In this document: positions 16,282 to 26,037 of the stretch, in pieces | Layout: each line of letters begins with the position of its first letter | Numbering within the stretch: position 1 is the stretch's first letter | IMG/VR virus record: IMGVR_UViG_3300013232_000197 | Location: 17,008-81,007 of that record | From: a virus | Taxonomy: Duplodnaviria; Caudoviricetes | Strand: one strand, 5' to 3' | DNA length: 64,000 bases | Position numbers and translations under genes: made by a program | The notes under the pieces: generated by a model | What the model was told of the DNA's origin: nothing | The model's database searches: none | Seen by the model: the letters and a program-made list of their open reading frames with translations, nothing else

Positions 16282-17316
16282 ATGAAAGACCTTAATCTGT
16301 CAGTAACTTTGTGGCCTAGTTTCCCACATTTCCCTACATTCGTTCACGACGAGCGCATAGCTAGCATTCGTTTGAACAGTGCTATGATGAATATGGTGGA
16401 ACTGGACGAGGAACTGGCAAAGATTAAGAAGATGCGTATTGATACGCCGCTCTATTATGACATTAAAGGGCGGCAGCTTAGAATTACGAAAGTATTCCTC
16501 AACAATGAATACTTGGATATCCGTATCAATCATCCGATTCAGGTTGACACTCCGACCCCGGTTCTTTTCAAAGCCGGGGCGGATGTCGCCTTGTTGCATG
16601 AAGTCACCGATGGTGGTTATCGTTTGAAGTTCCTTGGTGGGCCTAAATACATGGTCAAAGAAGGCGAGTCTCTTCATATCCGTGATGAAAGTCTCGTTGT
16701 CAGTGGCCCTCAGTTTGTTCCTGTAGAACTGGAAAAGATTGAAAAGGTTAAAGCGGCAGGGTTCAAACACTGGTTTCTGTCTTACGTTGAGAATCAGAGA
16801 GACGTGGACGAGTTTGTTGAACTAGTGGGGGATGATGCAATAATCAACCTAAAGATTGAAAACAAGGCTGGGTTGCATTACGTGGCCAATGATTTCAAAA
16901 AGAAGCCAAATATCAATTTGGTTGCCGCTCGTGGGGATTTGTATGTGGAAGTGGATAAGCCACACGAAATCTTGGCGGCAGTGAAGTTAATCATTGACAA
17001 AGACCCTCAAGCTGTGGTAGGATCACGGATACTGTTATCGGTGATTACTGACCCAGTGCCCTCATGTGCTGATTTTCACGAAATGGCGTGGTTAGTGGAC
17101 ATTGGATACAAAAACTTCATGCTTTGTGATGAACTTTGTTTGAAGGAAGATTTGTTAGCCAGGGCGGTGAATGTATTCCAATCCTTCAAGGAGTCTTATG
17201 GTAAAGATACTGTTGTCGCCGATCCATTGAAAGGATTGGGAGCGAGGACGAATATAGCTCCTAACGCTTTTATTCAATGGTTCTGGAATAGAGGCGGTAG
17301 GTGTCGCAGTGTATGA
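16282..17316 (+). CDS. pyruvate-kinase-like TIM-barrel enzyme lacking the C-terminal domain
   Basis: IRLN, DIKGRQLR, LSYVE, LKIEN, ARGDLYVE. Confidence 0.75.
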   Translation: MKDLNLSVTLWPSFPHFPTFVHDERIASIRLNSAMMNMVELDEELAKIKKMRIDTPLYYDIKGRQLRITKVFLNNEYLDIRINHPIQVDTPTPVLFKAGADVALLHEVTDGGYRLKFLGGPKYMVKEGESLHIRDESLVVSGPQFVPVELEKIEKVKAAGFKHWFLSYVENQRDVDEFVELVGDDAIINLKIENKAGLHYVANDFKKKPNINLVAARGDLYVEVDKPHEILAAVKLIIDKDPQAVVGSRILLSVITDPVPSCADFHEMAWLVDIGYKNFMLCDELCLKEDLLARAVNVFQSFKESYGKDTVVADPLKGLGARTNIAPNAFIQWFWNRGGRCRSV

Positions 17317-17570
17317 GCGATGAATTAAAAGAAATGGGTTGTAGCTGTCATACAATGCCTCCATGTAACTTTTGTATGGAATTGACGGAGGAAGAAGCTA
17401 CAATACTATGGAATGGTAGTATGAAAGATTTGTGGAAATATTGGCACGAACAAGTGATGAACGAAAATCAGATGGTAACTATATTTGATTATGAGAGACT
17501 TTAATCGAGACGATATTGTTGACTTTTGCTGAGCTATCTGGTATCTTACATGGCAATAATCTCTACACTT

Positions 17571-18374
17571 ATGCAAGACAATCTCGGAGACAGGATGAAA
17601 GGACAATACGAAGACCGCACTCGGTTCTTACTTCCTCGCCGCACATACACAATCATTCGTCTGGATGGCAAAGCATTTCACACGTACGCCCGTGGATTGC
17701 AGAAACCCTTTGACAAGGCTCTCTTTGAGGATATTGACTCAGCCATCATCGCTATGCTTCCTGAGTTACAAGGTGCTGTGTTTGCCTACACGCAGTCAGA
17801 CGAGATTAGTGTACTTTTGACTGACTTTGCTGACCCTTCCACCTGTGCGTGGTTTGACGGCAATCTACAGAAAATGTGCTCTGTGGCCGCATCCATTATG
17901 ACTGCGGAGTTCAATCGTCTTCGTATAAAGCGAAAACTGACATCGTGTGGATGTTCACTGACTGATGATATTACGCAGATTGAAGTTCCAATGGCATACT
18001 TTGATGCCCGTGTGTTCACTATTCCTGACCGTATTGAAGTAATGAACTATTTCATCTGGCGCAATCAAGATTGCTCTCGTAACAGTGTATCTATGGTGGC
18101 TCAGTCTTTATTCTCTCACAAGGAGCTTCAAGGCAAGTCCACCAGTGATATGCACGAAATGATGCACCAGCAAAAGAATGTAAACTGGGCAACCGATTAC
18201 TCCGATAGGGAGAAAAATGGTGGATTGATTGTTAAGGATGAGTATCTTGCTCATACTCCAAAATGCACTGAACCAAATCTCCCAGTGAGAACACGTTGGG
18301 TATCCAAGGGTGCTTGGAAGTTCACTGAGAACAAGGAAAAACTCCTTGGCATGATTCCTCAATATCCTGTATGA
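17571..18374 (+). CDS. thg1: tRNA(His) guanylyltransferase-like protein
   Basis: RLDGKAFH, YTQSDEIS, FDARVF, YFIWRNQD. Confidence 0.92.
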   Translation: MQDNLGDRMKGQYEDRTRFLLPRRTYTIIRLDGKAFHTYARGLQKPFDKALFEDIDSAIIAMLPELQGAVFAYTQSDEISVLLTDFADPSTCAWFDGNLQKMCSVAASIMTAEFNRLRIKRKLTSCGCSLTDDITQIEVPMAYFDARVFTIPDRIEVMNYFIWRNQDCSRNSVSMVAQSLFSHKELQGKSTSDMHEMMHQQKNVNWATDYSDREKNGGLIVKDEYLAHTPKCTEPNLPVRTRWVSKGAWKFTENKEKLLGMIPQYPV

Positions 18375-18383
18375 AAGTTTAGT

Positions 18384-18755
18384 ATGACTTACGGCACCGA
18401 CATTTGGACTGACGCACTTCAAGAGGAAGCGAAATCTAAAGAACCACGTCCCCTATGTGTTGTTCGTTTGACTACTTCGGCATGGAGTGATGGCAATGGT
18501 GTTCATATCAAGAAGACCCTTCGCTATTTGCGAAAGCAGTGCCAAGGGTACAACATTCTTGACGAGGACTGTTCCAATGGTGGGGTAAGTGAAACTGTAA
18601 AGCGCATTACCAACCTCGATGAGTGTGAGGATGGTGTCTATAAAGTCGTCACTTGTAATGAGTTTGCCGCTTGGGAAACCCCTAACATAATAGAAGATTA
18701 TGATTACGAATTGATACCTTATGAAATACTTAAGAAGGCGAAGGGTTTGGCTTAA
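18384..18755 (+). CDS. hypothetical protein
   Basis: Packed ORF. Confidence 0.65.
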   Translation: MTYGTDIWTDALQEEAKSKEPRPLCVVRLTTSAWSDGNGVHIKKTLRYLRKQCQGYNILDEDCSNGGVSETVKRITNLDECEDGVYKVVTCNEFAAWETPNIIEDYDYELIPYEILKKAKGLA

Positions 18756-18758
18756 AAT

Positions 18759-19097
18759 ATGACATCAACTAAATATGGCAACGATCACTTCTGGGCTTTC
18801 ATTGAAGATGGATGGAATGGCAAGGAAGTAGCTGTTTGGAAAGGCCCCGAAGGGCAAGAAGAAATCATTGCCCGTGCCAAGGACAAGTACGAAGCAAAAC
18901 TCATAGTGGATGCTTTGTTGAACTATGTCCACATTGAGGATAAGACCAAGTTTGGCAAGAAGGAATCGGCTTTCTTGGAGTTTGTTATGGCTAATTGTGT
19001 TGAGCCATATGCCACGATGGCATCAAATGCTTTGTTATGGAATGACCGAGAAGCATATGAGAAACTAAAAACGGATTTCCCAACGATATACCAATGA
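18759..19097 (+). CDS. hypothetical protein
   Basis: Packed ORF. Confidence 0.65.
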   Translation: MTSTKYGNDHFWAFIEDGWNGKEVAVWKGPEGQEEIIARAKDKYEAKLIVDALLNYVHIEDKTKFGKKESAFLEFVMANCVEPYATMASNALLWNDREAYEKLKTDFPTIYQ

Positions 19098-19261
19098 CGC
19101 CGTTTATCACAGTATCAAGAGGAATGTGTGGGTTTTATATTTGTCTTGCGGATGACGCAGGACCAATCGAACGATTGGAAAATTGGAATTACGACACGTA
19201 TGATGAATGTGCCATAGAAGCAGAAAAATTGGCCAATGCCTACAATATAAGATACCTATGA
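19094..19261 (+). CDS. hypothetical protein (55 aa)
   Basis: ATGA overlaps at both ends. Confidence 0.55.
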   Translation: MTPFITVSRGMCGFYICLADDAGPIERLENWNYDTYDECAIEAEKLANAYNIRYL

Positions 19262-20439
19262 GTAATAAAAACTTTTACTTCACCGACCCTTTGATTGGCC
19301 AAGGACTTCCAGTCCTGACCAAAAACGGAGCAATTGCCAAGAAGCGATTGGCTGATTACATTGAGAAACTCCTTCTGGAAAGAAACTATACGCCGCTGGC
19401 GACACCGCATATTGGAAACTTGGCTCTGTTTGAGAAGAGTGGGCATTATCCTTATTACAAGGAGTCAATGTTCCCTCTTATTTATGAACACGTCAAAGAT
19501 GGGCAACCCAATCCTTATGATCGTTTTGTTCTAAAACCAATGAACTGCCCGTTTCATATCATGGCTTACAAGGATATGGGTGTGGTATCCTATAAGGAAC
19601 TACCCGTCAAGTTCTATGAGTTTGGGCAAGTATATCGCAATGAAGATTCGGGTGCTCTCAACGGATTGCTACGTCTCCGCTCCTTTACTCAGGATGATGG
19701 ACATCTCTTCTGTATGATGAACCAGATACATGAAGTAATGGAAGAGTGTATTGTACTGGTGCGTATTATCTGTGAGAAGTTTGGATTGAAAGTGGTTGCC
19801 AAGTACTCCAAGCGGGGAGACAATAAAGAGAAGTATATCGGTGATGGTGCTTCTTGGGGTGCTGCTGAAGATGTTATGCGCTCGGTATGCTACAAGAACT
19901 TTGGAGACGATTACCAGATGGATGTTGGCGGTGCGGCCTTCTATGGACCAAAGATTGATTTTGCTGCCAAAGATGCGATGGGCAGAGAGTGGCAACTGGG
20001 TACCATTCAACTGGATTTCAATCTACCTAAACGCTTCGATCTACATTTCATTGACAACGATGGAAGTCAGCAAGTGCCGGTGCTAATTCATCGGGCATTG
20101 CTTGGGTCTTTGGAAAGATTCTTGGCTATTCTTTTGGAAAACGATTGTCTTCACGAACATCTTCAGCCCTTCAATATGGGAATGATTTGGATTGGGGGAG
20201 GGAAGGATTATTTCGATCTTATCGTTTCAGAGTCGAAACGACGTGTTCATGTTTATCCAACCATCATTGAGATGCCCAATAATCTAAAAGAAGCGATGGC
20301 CAAACTGTTTTCCAAAGGTATCAGTAACATTGTTATCATTGGCAAAAAGGAAGAAGAGGCACAGACCGTGAACTTCAATAAAACTGCATTTTCGCATGAA
20401 GAATACTTTGATCATGCGAGTAGAAAATTTACCCTATGA
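19258..20439 (+). CDS. thrS: minimal threonyl-tRNA synthetase (no TGS or editing domain)
   Basis: LKPMNCP, YRNEDSGALNGLLRLRSFTQDDGH, FYGPKID, GTIQLDF, IHRALLGSLERF. Confidence 0.9.
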   Translation: MSNKNFYFTDPLIGQGLPVLTKNGAIAKKRLADYIEKLLLERNYTPLATPHIGNLALFEKSGHYPYYKESMFPLIYEHVKDGQPNPYDRFVLKPMNCPFHIMAYKDMGVVSYKELPVKFYEFGQVYRNEDSGALNGLLRLRSFTQDDGHLFCMMNQIHEVMEECIVLVRIICEKFGLKVVAKYSKRGDNKEKYIGDGASWGAAEDVMRSVCYKNFGDDYQMDVGGAAFYGPKIDFAAKDAMGREWQLGTIQLDFNLPKRFDLHFIDNDGSQQVPVLIHRALLGSLERFLAILLENDCLHEHLQPFNMGMIWIGGGKDYFDLIVSESKRRVHVYPTIIEMPNNLKEAMAKLFSKGISNIVIIGKKEEEAQTVNFNKTAFSHEEYFDHASRKFTL

Positions 20440-20774
20440 AGAATATTAACTTGACTTTAACACCGAAACAGTATAACCTTCTCGTTGAAATATTGGAGGA
20501 AGTCTCCGACACCCGTTCTGACTGCGGATGTAATGATGTGTACGAAGAAGAGCTTCGTATGTTTTCGGGGAAAGAACTACAAGCAGTCATAGAGTCAATG
20601 GGAAAGGGATATGCAAGGAGTCAATACCGGGAATGGAAGCAAGAATCCCAAGCCGGTAACATAGAAGGCACTTGGGAAGATGCACTGAAAGGGGGATGGG
20701 GATTGTTTGATACGTCCTTCATTACCTATTTGATTTCGGTAATTAAGCAGCAGGCGAAAGAGAGCAATGAATAA
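20436..20774 (+). CDS. hypothetical protein
   Basis: Overlap-coupled ORF. Confidence 0.6.
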   Translation: MKNINLTLTPKQYNLLVEILEEVSDTRSDCGCNDVYEEELRMFSGKELQAVIESMGKGYARSQYREWKQESQAGNIEGTWEDALKGGWGLFDTSFITYLISVIKQQAKESNE

Positions 20775-21462
20775 AGGATATACCATTCCAGTTTTGGACC
20801 ACGGGTTCGTAAGGTACATTGACCATATGGGGTCTGACGAGCGTATTTGTGAGGCAGCACGCATTTCCTACAAATCACCTTCCAAGGGAAAGGAACAAGA
20901 TAAGAAATTGCTGGAATATTTATGGAAAAATAAACATACCAGCCCGTTCGAGCAATGTAACATTACGTTTGACATTAAACTTCCATTGTTTGTACAAGGT
21001 CAAATGGTACGACATAGAACGCAACGATTAAATCAGGTGTCTGCCAGATACACCGAAATGACCGAAGAATTTTATGTACCCAACGAATGGCGAAAACAAG
21101 ATGATAGGAATAAACAAGGAAGTGTGACGGATGAAGGTTTACCACACGATAAAATTAAGGAGATGGTATCAGGATTGTGTAAGTATTCCTATGACCACTA
21201 TCAATATTTAATTGGATATGGTGTAGCAAGAGAAATGGCCCGAATGATTCTTCCTCAAAACCTTTATACCGAAATTTATTCCAATTGGGATTTACACAAT
21301 TTAACACATTTCTTTACGCTTCGATTGGATAGTCACGCCCAATGGGAAATTCAACAATATGCCAAAGCAATGTATGATATTACTAAAGAGATTTATCCGT
21401 GGACTGTAGCTGCATATGATCGCTACAAATGGAATGTGTTGGATTTAGGTGAAAATATATGA
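20767..21462 (+). CDS. thyX: flavin-dependent thymidylate synthase
   Basis: HTSPFE, RHR...NQVSARY, AREMARMILP, AQWEI. Confidence 0.95.
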   Translation: MNKGYTIPVLDHGFVRYIDHMGSDERICEAARISYKSPSKGKEQDKKLLEYLWKNKHTSPFEQCNITFDIKLPLFVQGQMVRHRTQRLNQVSARYTEMTEEFYVPNEWRKQDDRNKQGSVTDEGLPHDKIKEMVSGLCKYSYDHYQYLIGYGVAREMARMILPQNLYTEIYSNWDLHNLTHFFTLRLDSHAQWEIQQYAKAMYDITKEIYPWTVAAYDRYKWNVLDLGENI

Positions 21463-21507
21463 CATTTTCGTTATTCTACATATATTTATTAGTGGAGGAT
21501 AACAATT

Positions 21508-22080
21508 ATGTTTATTAGAGAATTTTACTATACATCAAAGGATGGACGCAAGCGAATAAAGTGGGAATACAAATGTGATATTTGTGGCGACAAAGGCACA
21601 TCGGATAAATACAACCTTTGCAAAAGCATATCACATAAATGTAAAGGTTGTAACAACAAGATTGAAGGTAAAAAGAAGAGGGGGAAATCTACTTCAAAAA
21701 AAGGTAAAAGTTTTCTATCCTTGCAGCGAGAAAACAGTGCTTGCTGGAATGGAGGAAGATATGTCAACAGCGGGGGGTATGTAATGGTATTAGTTAAAAG
21801 CGGGTCCACTCATAGAAATAGTGGATGGGATAACTATCGCCCAGAACATATTGTTGTAATGGAAAAGTCATTGGGACGAAAACTAAATAAAAATGAATGT
21901 GTCCATCATATTGATGGAAATAGACGGAATAATATGGTTGGCAATCTTGCTCTAATTACTTCTAATGAACATCACCGAAAAACACATATGTCACTTCAAA
22001 AAATTGGATATGAGCTTTATAAACAAGGTAAAATTTCCTTTAATCGAAAAACCAAAGAATATGAAGTGGAAGTAATATGA
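21508..22080 (+). CDS. free-standing HNH homing endonuclease
   Basis: EHIVVME, VHHIDGNRRNNMVGNL; ATATTTAT upstream. Confidence 0.85.
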   Translation: MFIREFYYTSKDGRKRIKWEYKCDICGDKGTSDKYNLCKSISHKCKGCNNKIEGKKKRGKSTSKKGKSFLSLQRENSACWNGGRYVNSGGYVMVLVKSGSTHRNSGWDNYRPEHIVVMEKSLGRKLNKNECVHHIDGNRRNNMVGNLALITSNEHHRKTHMSLQKIGYELYKQGKISFNRKTKEYEVEVI

Positions 22081-22334
22081 AAACCACTATTGGCTCACTA
22101 ATCAGAAAAGAACTGAAAACCCCCGACTCTCCAATGAGTAAAGCGGTTCGGGAGTTTAGAGCGTATGCCAAGATTGCCAAGGTCAACCCGAAGCAATGTA
22201 AGATGTCCGTGGGACTTTTGGGTGAAAGATTTCATTATTCTCTTTACATTCCATCGTGGAGACGATTTGACGAAAGAAGTAGTTATGGTGTGACAATAGG
22301 ATACCTTTTACATCTAACAGATTACCCATCATGA
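22077..22334 (+). CDS. hypothetical protein
   Basis: Overlap-coupled ORF. Confidence 0.55.
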   Translation: MKTTIGSLIRKELKTPDSPMSKAVREFRAYAKIAKVNPKQCKMSVGLLGERFHYSLYIPSWRRFDERSSYGVTIGYLLHLTDYPS

Positions 22335-22858
22335 AAATAAAAACTGAAATTTCCACATTGCCACAATTTCACGTCAAAATCATTCGCACACATAGCGAAA
22401 ATGTTACTCGTGATCGAGACCCCAATGATGAATGGGATAACGATGATATTTCCCACGAGCATGACATTCAGGGATTTGAAGTGGTAGATGAAAAAAGTGG
22501 ATGGGATTTTGTATTGAATGAAAAACCTTCGGGTGATTGGCATTTGATTTGTGCCTTCCATTCCTCGGGCGATTCTTTCCATTGTGAAGATAACTGTCTT
22601 TTACTTGTTTCTTTCGTCAAACATATGGAAGACGCTGAAATAATACTTGCTGCTATTGAAAAGGATTACAAGGCATATCAGGAAAAACAAGAGTGGAAGC
22701 ACGAACCTCTTAAAGTTCATCTTCCAGTTGCCAATAGAGAAGAACAAATCTATACTGGTACTTGGAAAGGTTACTTTGAGCGTTTACAATCAGTCGAAAT
22801 TAAGACCCTCGGTGCTACGAGAAAAGTTACATTTGCTTCCAGACACTATCGCAGGTAA
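22331..22858 (+). CDS. hypothetical protein
   Basis: Overlap-coupled ORF. Confidence 0.65.
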   Translation: MKIKTEISTLPQFHVKIIRTHSENVTRDRDPNDEWDNDDISHEHDIQGFEVVDEKSGWDFVLNEKPSGDWHLICAFHSSGDSFHCEDNCLLLVSFVKHMEDAEIILAAIEKDYKAYQEKQEWKHEPLKVHLPVANREEQIYTGTWKGYFERLQSVEIKTLGATRKVTFASRHYRR

Positions 22859-22859
22859 T

Positions 22860-23036
22860 ATGAAACAACTAATCTTTTCACCGCAGCCAAATGCTACTCC
22901 TGATGAAGTAATGCAGGTGCTCAAGGTTATTATCATTCCTCTCTCTCCCTATACCACACAAGATTTGCTGATGGAAACTTATGAAGCTCTTCCACCGGAA
23001 GCAAAGCGACATTTTAGAATAGAAGAACCCAAATGA
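22860..23036 (+). CDS. hypothetical protein
   Basis: ATG at 22860 in the frame of ORF 22647..23036. Confidence 0.55.
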   Translation: MKQLIFSPQPNATPDEVMQVLKVIIIPLSPYTTQDLLMETYEALPPEAKRHFRIEEPK

Positions 23037-23228
23037 AATCTACCAGCAAACTTATTCTTCTGAAGGATATGGATAGTCTGACTATATCTCTTCTCAAAAA
23101 AATTGCCCATCAACGTTTGAAAGAAATTTTGAAAGATAAAACATTTCCATTCAAAGTATCACACGATATAAACGAGTGGGTGGTTCGGGCAGACTCAAAC
23201 GGCGATGTTGTATTATTAGCACCTTATT

Positions 23229-23738
23229 ATGAATTACAATCAATTAAATCAAATTCACGATTACTGGTATGAGGACGTAGCTCCTCATTTAGTCCACCAA
23301 TACACGGTTACTTCGTTTGATGATTACTTGAGAAAGTTTTCATTTCTACCAAGTGGGAAATGGTTGCGTGATATGGAAAACTTGAAATTAAGACGAGTAA
23401 TCTTTTTGGTTGACCCCGTAAAGTTTGCTAAGAAGTACAAAGAGTTTTGTGTCACATACAATGCCCCCGTCAAAGTAGAGGATGGGTTTCAGAGAGTTAT
23501 TTATCAAATTTCACCGACGATGCATATTGAGGCGGCTTTCTATGTGTGGATCGAGCATAAAATAGTACAATCCTACGTCACAGTATTTGTTTGTTACGAT
23601 GTCAGTGTAGAAAAAGAATATGCAACCCTTATCAAGGACTTGTATAAAATCCGTCGAGAAGGTAACACTGAAGATAAACCAAAATCGGTGGGGTTTGCTG
23701 GTTTCCAAGATGTTGATGCAGAGGATAATACAAAGTGA
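23229..23738 (+). CDS. hypothetical protein
   Basis: Packed ORF. Confidence 0.65.
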   Translation: MNYNQLNQIHDYWYEDVAPHLVHQYTVTSFDDYLRKFSFLPSGKWLRDMENLKLRRVIFLVDPVKFAKKYKEFCVTYNAPVKVEDGFQRVIYQISPTMHIEAAFYVWIEHKIVQSYVTVFVCYDVSVEKEYATLIKDLYKIRREGNTEDKPKSVGFAGFQDVDAEDNTK

Positions 23739-23781
23739 GATGGTACTTGACTTTTTCCTGGAATGGAGTAAACTGCACACC

Positions 23782-25047
23782 ATGAATCAAACATCACTGT
23801 TCACATTTCAGTTGCCCACACTCTATGCTCGTGCCAAAACGGGTGCTGTCCTTACGTGGGACATTGAGATTGAGGGTAACAAGTTTCGTACTATTACTGG
23901 ACAAGAAACTGGAGCTAAAACGACTTCTGCGTGGACCATCTGCGAAGGCAAAAACCGTGGTCAATCCAATGAAACAACGGATGAACAACAAGCCAATGCC
24001 GAAGCGGATAGCAAGTGGAAGAAGAAACTTAAGTCGGGTGGATATTTTGAGGACGTGAAGGACATTGACAAGCCATTGTCTTTCATTGAGCCAATGCTTG
24101 CCTATCCTCTTATCAGCAAGAAAACAGATAAGAAAACCAAGAAAACCATCATCATTGACCGCACTCCTTATGTGGTGCTTCCTGTAATGCTTGACCGCAA
24201 GTACAATGGAATGCGTCAGGTGGCTTCGGTCGTTGGCCCGTATTCTCGCAAAGGTGAGGAAATCAAAACTGCCCCTCATATCTATGATGCTCTCACTCCA
24301 TTGTTTGAGAAAATCCCGACCTTGGTATTGGACGGAGAGTTGTACAACCACGAGTATCGTCATAAGTTGAATGAACTTATCCACATTGTCCGTACCACTG
24401 CGGACCATAAGATTACTCCCGAATTGCTGGCCGAAAGCGAACGTGTTGTCCGCTACTATGTGTATGATGGATATGGGTTTGAATGCCCCGAGAACATCAA
24501 GGTTATGGATAGCGGGATTCCCATAATGGGTATGGTTGCGGGAAATCTTGTCACGGAGAATACTCCCTGTGCATTGCGACGTGAAGCATTGAAGGTGCTG
24601 TTGAAAAATGTACCTTACATTGTCGTAGTTCCTTACTTCATGTCTAAGACAATGGAAGAGGCAAAGGAACTCTATGGTGACTTCATTGAAGACGGATACG
24701 AGGGAGCAATCCTTCGCAATGCCAGTGCGCCGTACCAGCACTTCCGTACCAACGACTTGATCAAACTCAAGCCATACGAAGATATGGAAATCGTCATTCT
24801 TGATGTCATTGATCCCGGCTCTGGTAACTGGGGAGGTACAGGAAAAACTGCTTCTGTCCGCATGGACAATGGCAAAGTATTCAATGCTACCTTCAAAGGT
24901 GGGCGTGAGACTTTGGCCAAGATTCTCCAAGAGAAGGATAAGTGGATTGGTCAAAAAGTGACCATCACTTACAATGGGTGGACGGGCAAAGGTTGTCCCA
25001 ACTATGCCCAGATTGATCCTAACAACTGTATGGTGGGAGACCGATAA
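23782..25047 (+). CDS. ATP-dependent DNA ligase with a WGR-like N-terminal domain
   Basis: Motif I DRKYNGMR, DGELY, YVYD, EGAIL, KLKP, OB-fold; promoter TTGACT-16-TAAACT (23747-23774) 7 nt upstream. Confidence 0.92.
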   Translation: MNQTSLFTFQLPTLYARAKTGAVLTWDIEIEGNKFRTITGQETGAKTTSAWTICEGKNRGQSNETTDEQQANAEADSKWKKKLKSGGYFEDVKDIDKPLSFIEPMLAYPLISKKTDKKTKKTIIIDRTPYVVLPVMLDRKYNGMRQVASVVGPYSRKGEEIKTAPHIYDALTPLFEKIPTLVLDGELYNHEYRHKLNELIHIVRTTADHKITPELLAESERVVRYYVYDGYGFECPENIKVMDSGIPIMGMVAGNLVTENTPCALRREALKVLLKNVPYIVVVPYFMSKTMEEAKELYGDFIEDGYEGAILRNASAPYQHFRTNDLIKLKPYEDMEIVILDVIDPGSGNWGGTGKTASVRMDNGKVFNATFKGGRETLAKILQEKDKWIGQKVTITYNGWTGKGCPNYAQIDPNNCMVGDR

Positions 25048-25051
25048 ACTT

Positions 25052-25507
25052 ATGACCAAAACATCATACCGATTGTATATTTTGATGCGGAATGATCTTC
25101 CGTCAATGAATCCTGGCCGAGCAATGGCCCAGGCGGCTCACGCTGCCAACCAGTTTATACATGAGCATGGTAAGTGTGCTGATGTTCGAACATGGCAAAA
25201 AGATGCCAATGGGTTTGGTACAACTATTTGTCTCTCAGCAAGCAAGTCTGACATTTTTCGTATTGTAAGGGAAGCGAAGCACATAGGGGTTCCTGCGGAA
25301 TTGGTATTTGATCCCACATACAAATACTCAATGGATTCCGAAGTGGCACAGTTGGTACATTCAAGTACTTTTACTGCCGACCCAGTTTTTCAATCTAATG
25401 GTCTGGTGACTCTTTTCAGAAAAGAACTCACTTGCGGCTACTTGTTCGTTGACAGCAACAGTACCGATAAAGAAGCACTGGTGGGTGCTCTGCCACTCCA
25501 CCCATAG
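25052..25507 (+). CDS. peptidyl-tRNA hydrolase Pth2-like protein
   Basis: YILMRNDLPSMNPGRAMAQAAHA. Confidence 0.7.
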   Translation: MTKTSYRLYILMRNDLPSMNPGRAMAQAAHAANQFIHEHGKCADVRTWQKDANGFGTTICLSASKSDIFRIVREAKHIGVPAELVFDPTYKYSMDSEVAQLVHSSTFTADPVFQSNGLVTLFRKELTCGYLFVDSNSTDKEALVGALPLHP

Positions 25508-25520
25508 AAACTATGTCTAT

Positions 25521-26003
25521 ATGCCGTCACAAACTCCACAGAAGAAGTCTCTCTACAATCGTAGAAAGTATTGGTATCATGTTTCAACAACCTTGAAAGG
25601 AAAACACATTCGTCTTATCCCTTGGGGAGAAGATGAAGCATCCAATCGTAGTGGTGACGAGCCGAGAGGTAAACGCATTTGTGTTGCACCAACTGTAGAG
25701 CAATGTATTACGGCAATCCCCTATTACATGGCTACAGTTTGTACAATTTATCGTACAAAATCACCCGTCGAAGCGCATCGGCCAAAAAACGTATTTGATT
25801 CTAGGGTGACAAACGAAGGATGGTTGAAACATCCAACTAACTTCGTGAAGATAGGTATATTGAAGTTTCAAGATGTAGAAAGAGGTATCGGGGTGAAAGA
25901 CGTGATTAGCGAGGCGGCATCGAGTGATGACATTAAATATTCCAAAGAAGTGTTGGCATGGTGGAAAAAGGCCAAGATAAAGAGATTCATCAAAAGAGCT
26001 TGA
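25521..26003 (+). CDS. possible ADP-ribosyltransferase-fold protein
   Basis: WYHVS, RICVAPTVEQC, IY, VFDSRVTNEGW spacing resembles the H-(S/A)-E ART layout. Confidence 0.4.
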   Translation: MPSQTPQKKSLYNRRKYWYHVSTTLKGKHIRLIPWGEDEASNRSGDEPRGKRICVAPTVEQCITAIPYYMATVCTIYRTKSPVEAHRPKNVFDSRVTNEGWLKHPTNFVKIGILKFQDVERGIGVKDVISEAASSDDIKYSKEVLAWWKKAKIKRFIKRA

Positions 26004-26037
26004 CATTTAACTCCAATCAGCTATAATGTGCGGCACA

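Noticed and set aside
20913-20921. ATATTTAT inside thyX
   Set aside because: Intragenic and not near a start codon; likely chance
23794-25059. 421-aa minus-strand ORF
   Set aside because: Antisense shadow of the DNA ligase gene; many similar shadow ORFs in the track were also ignored
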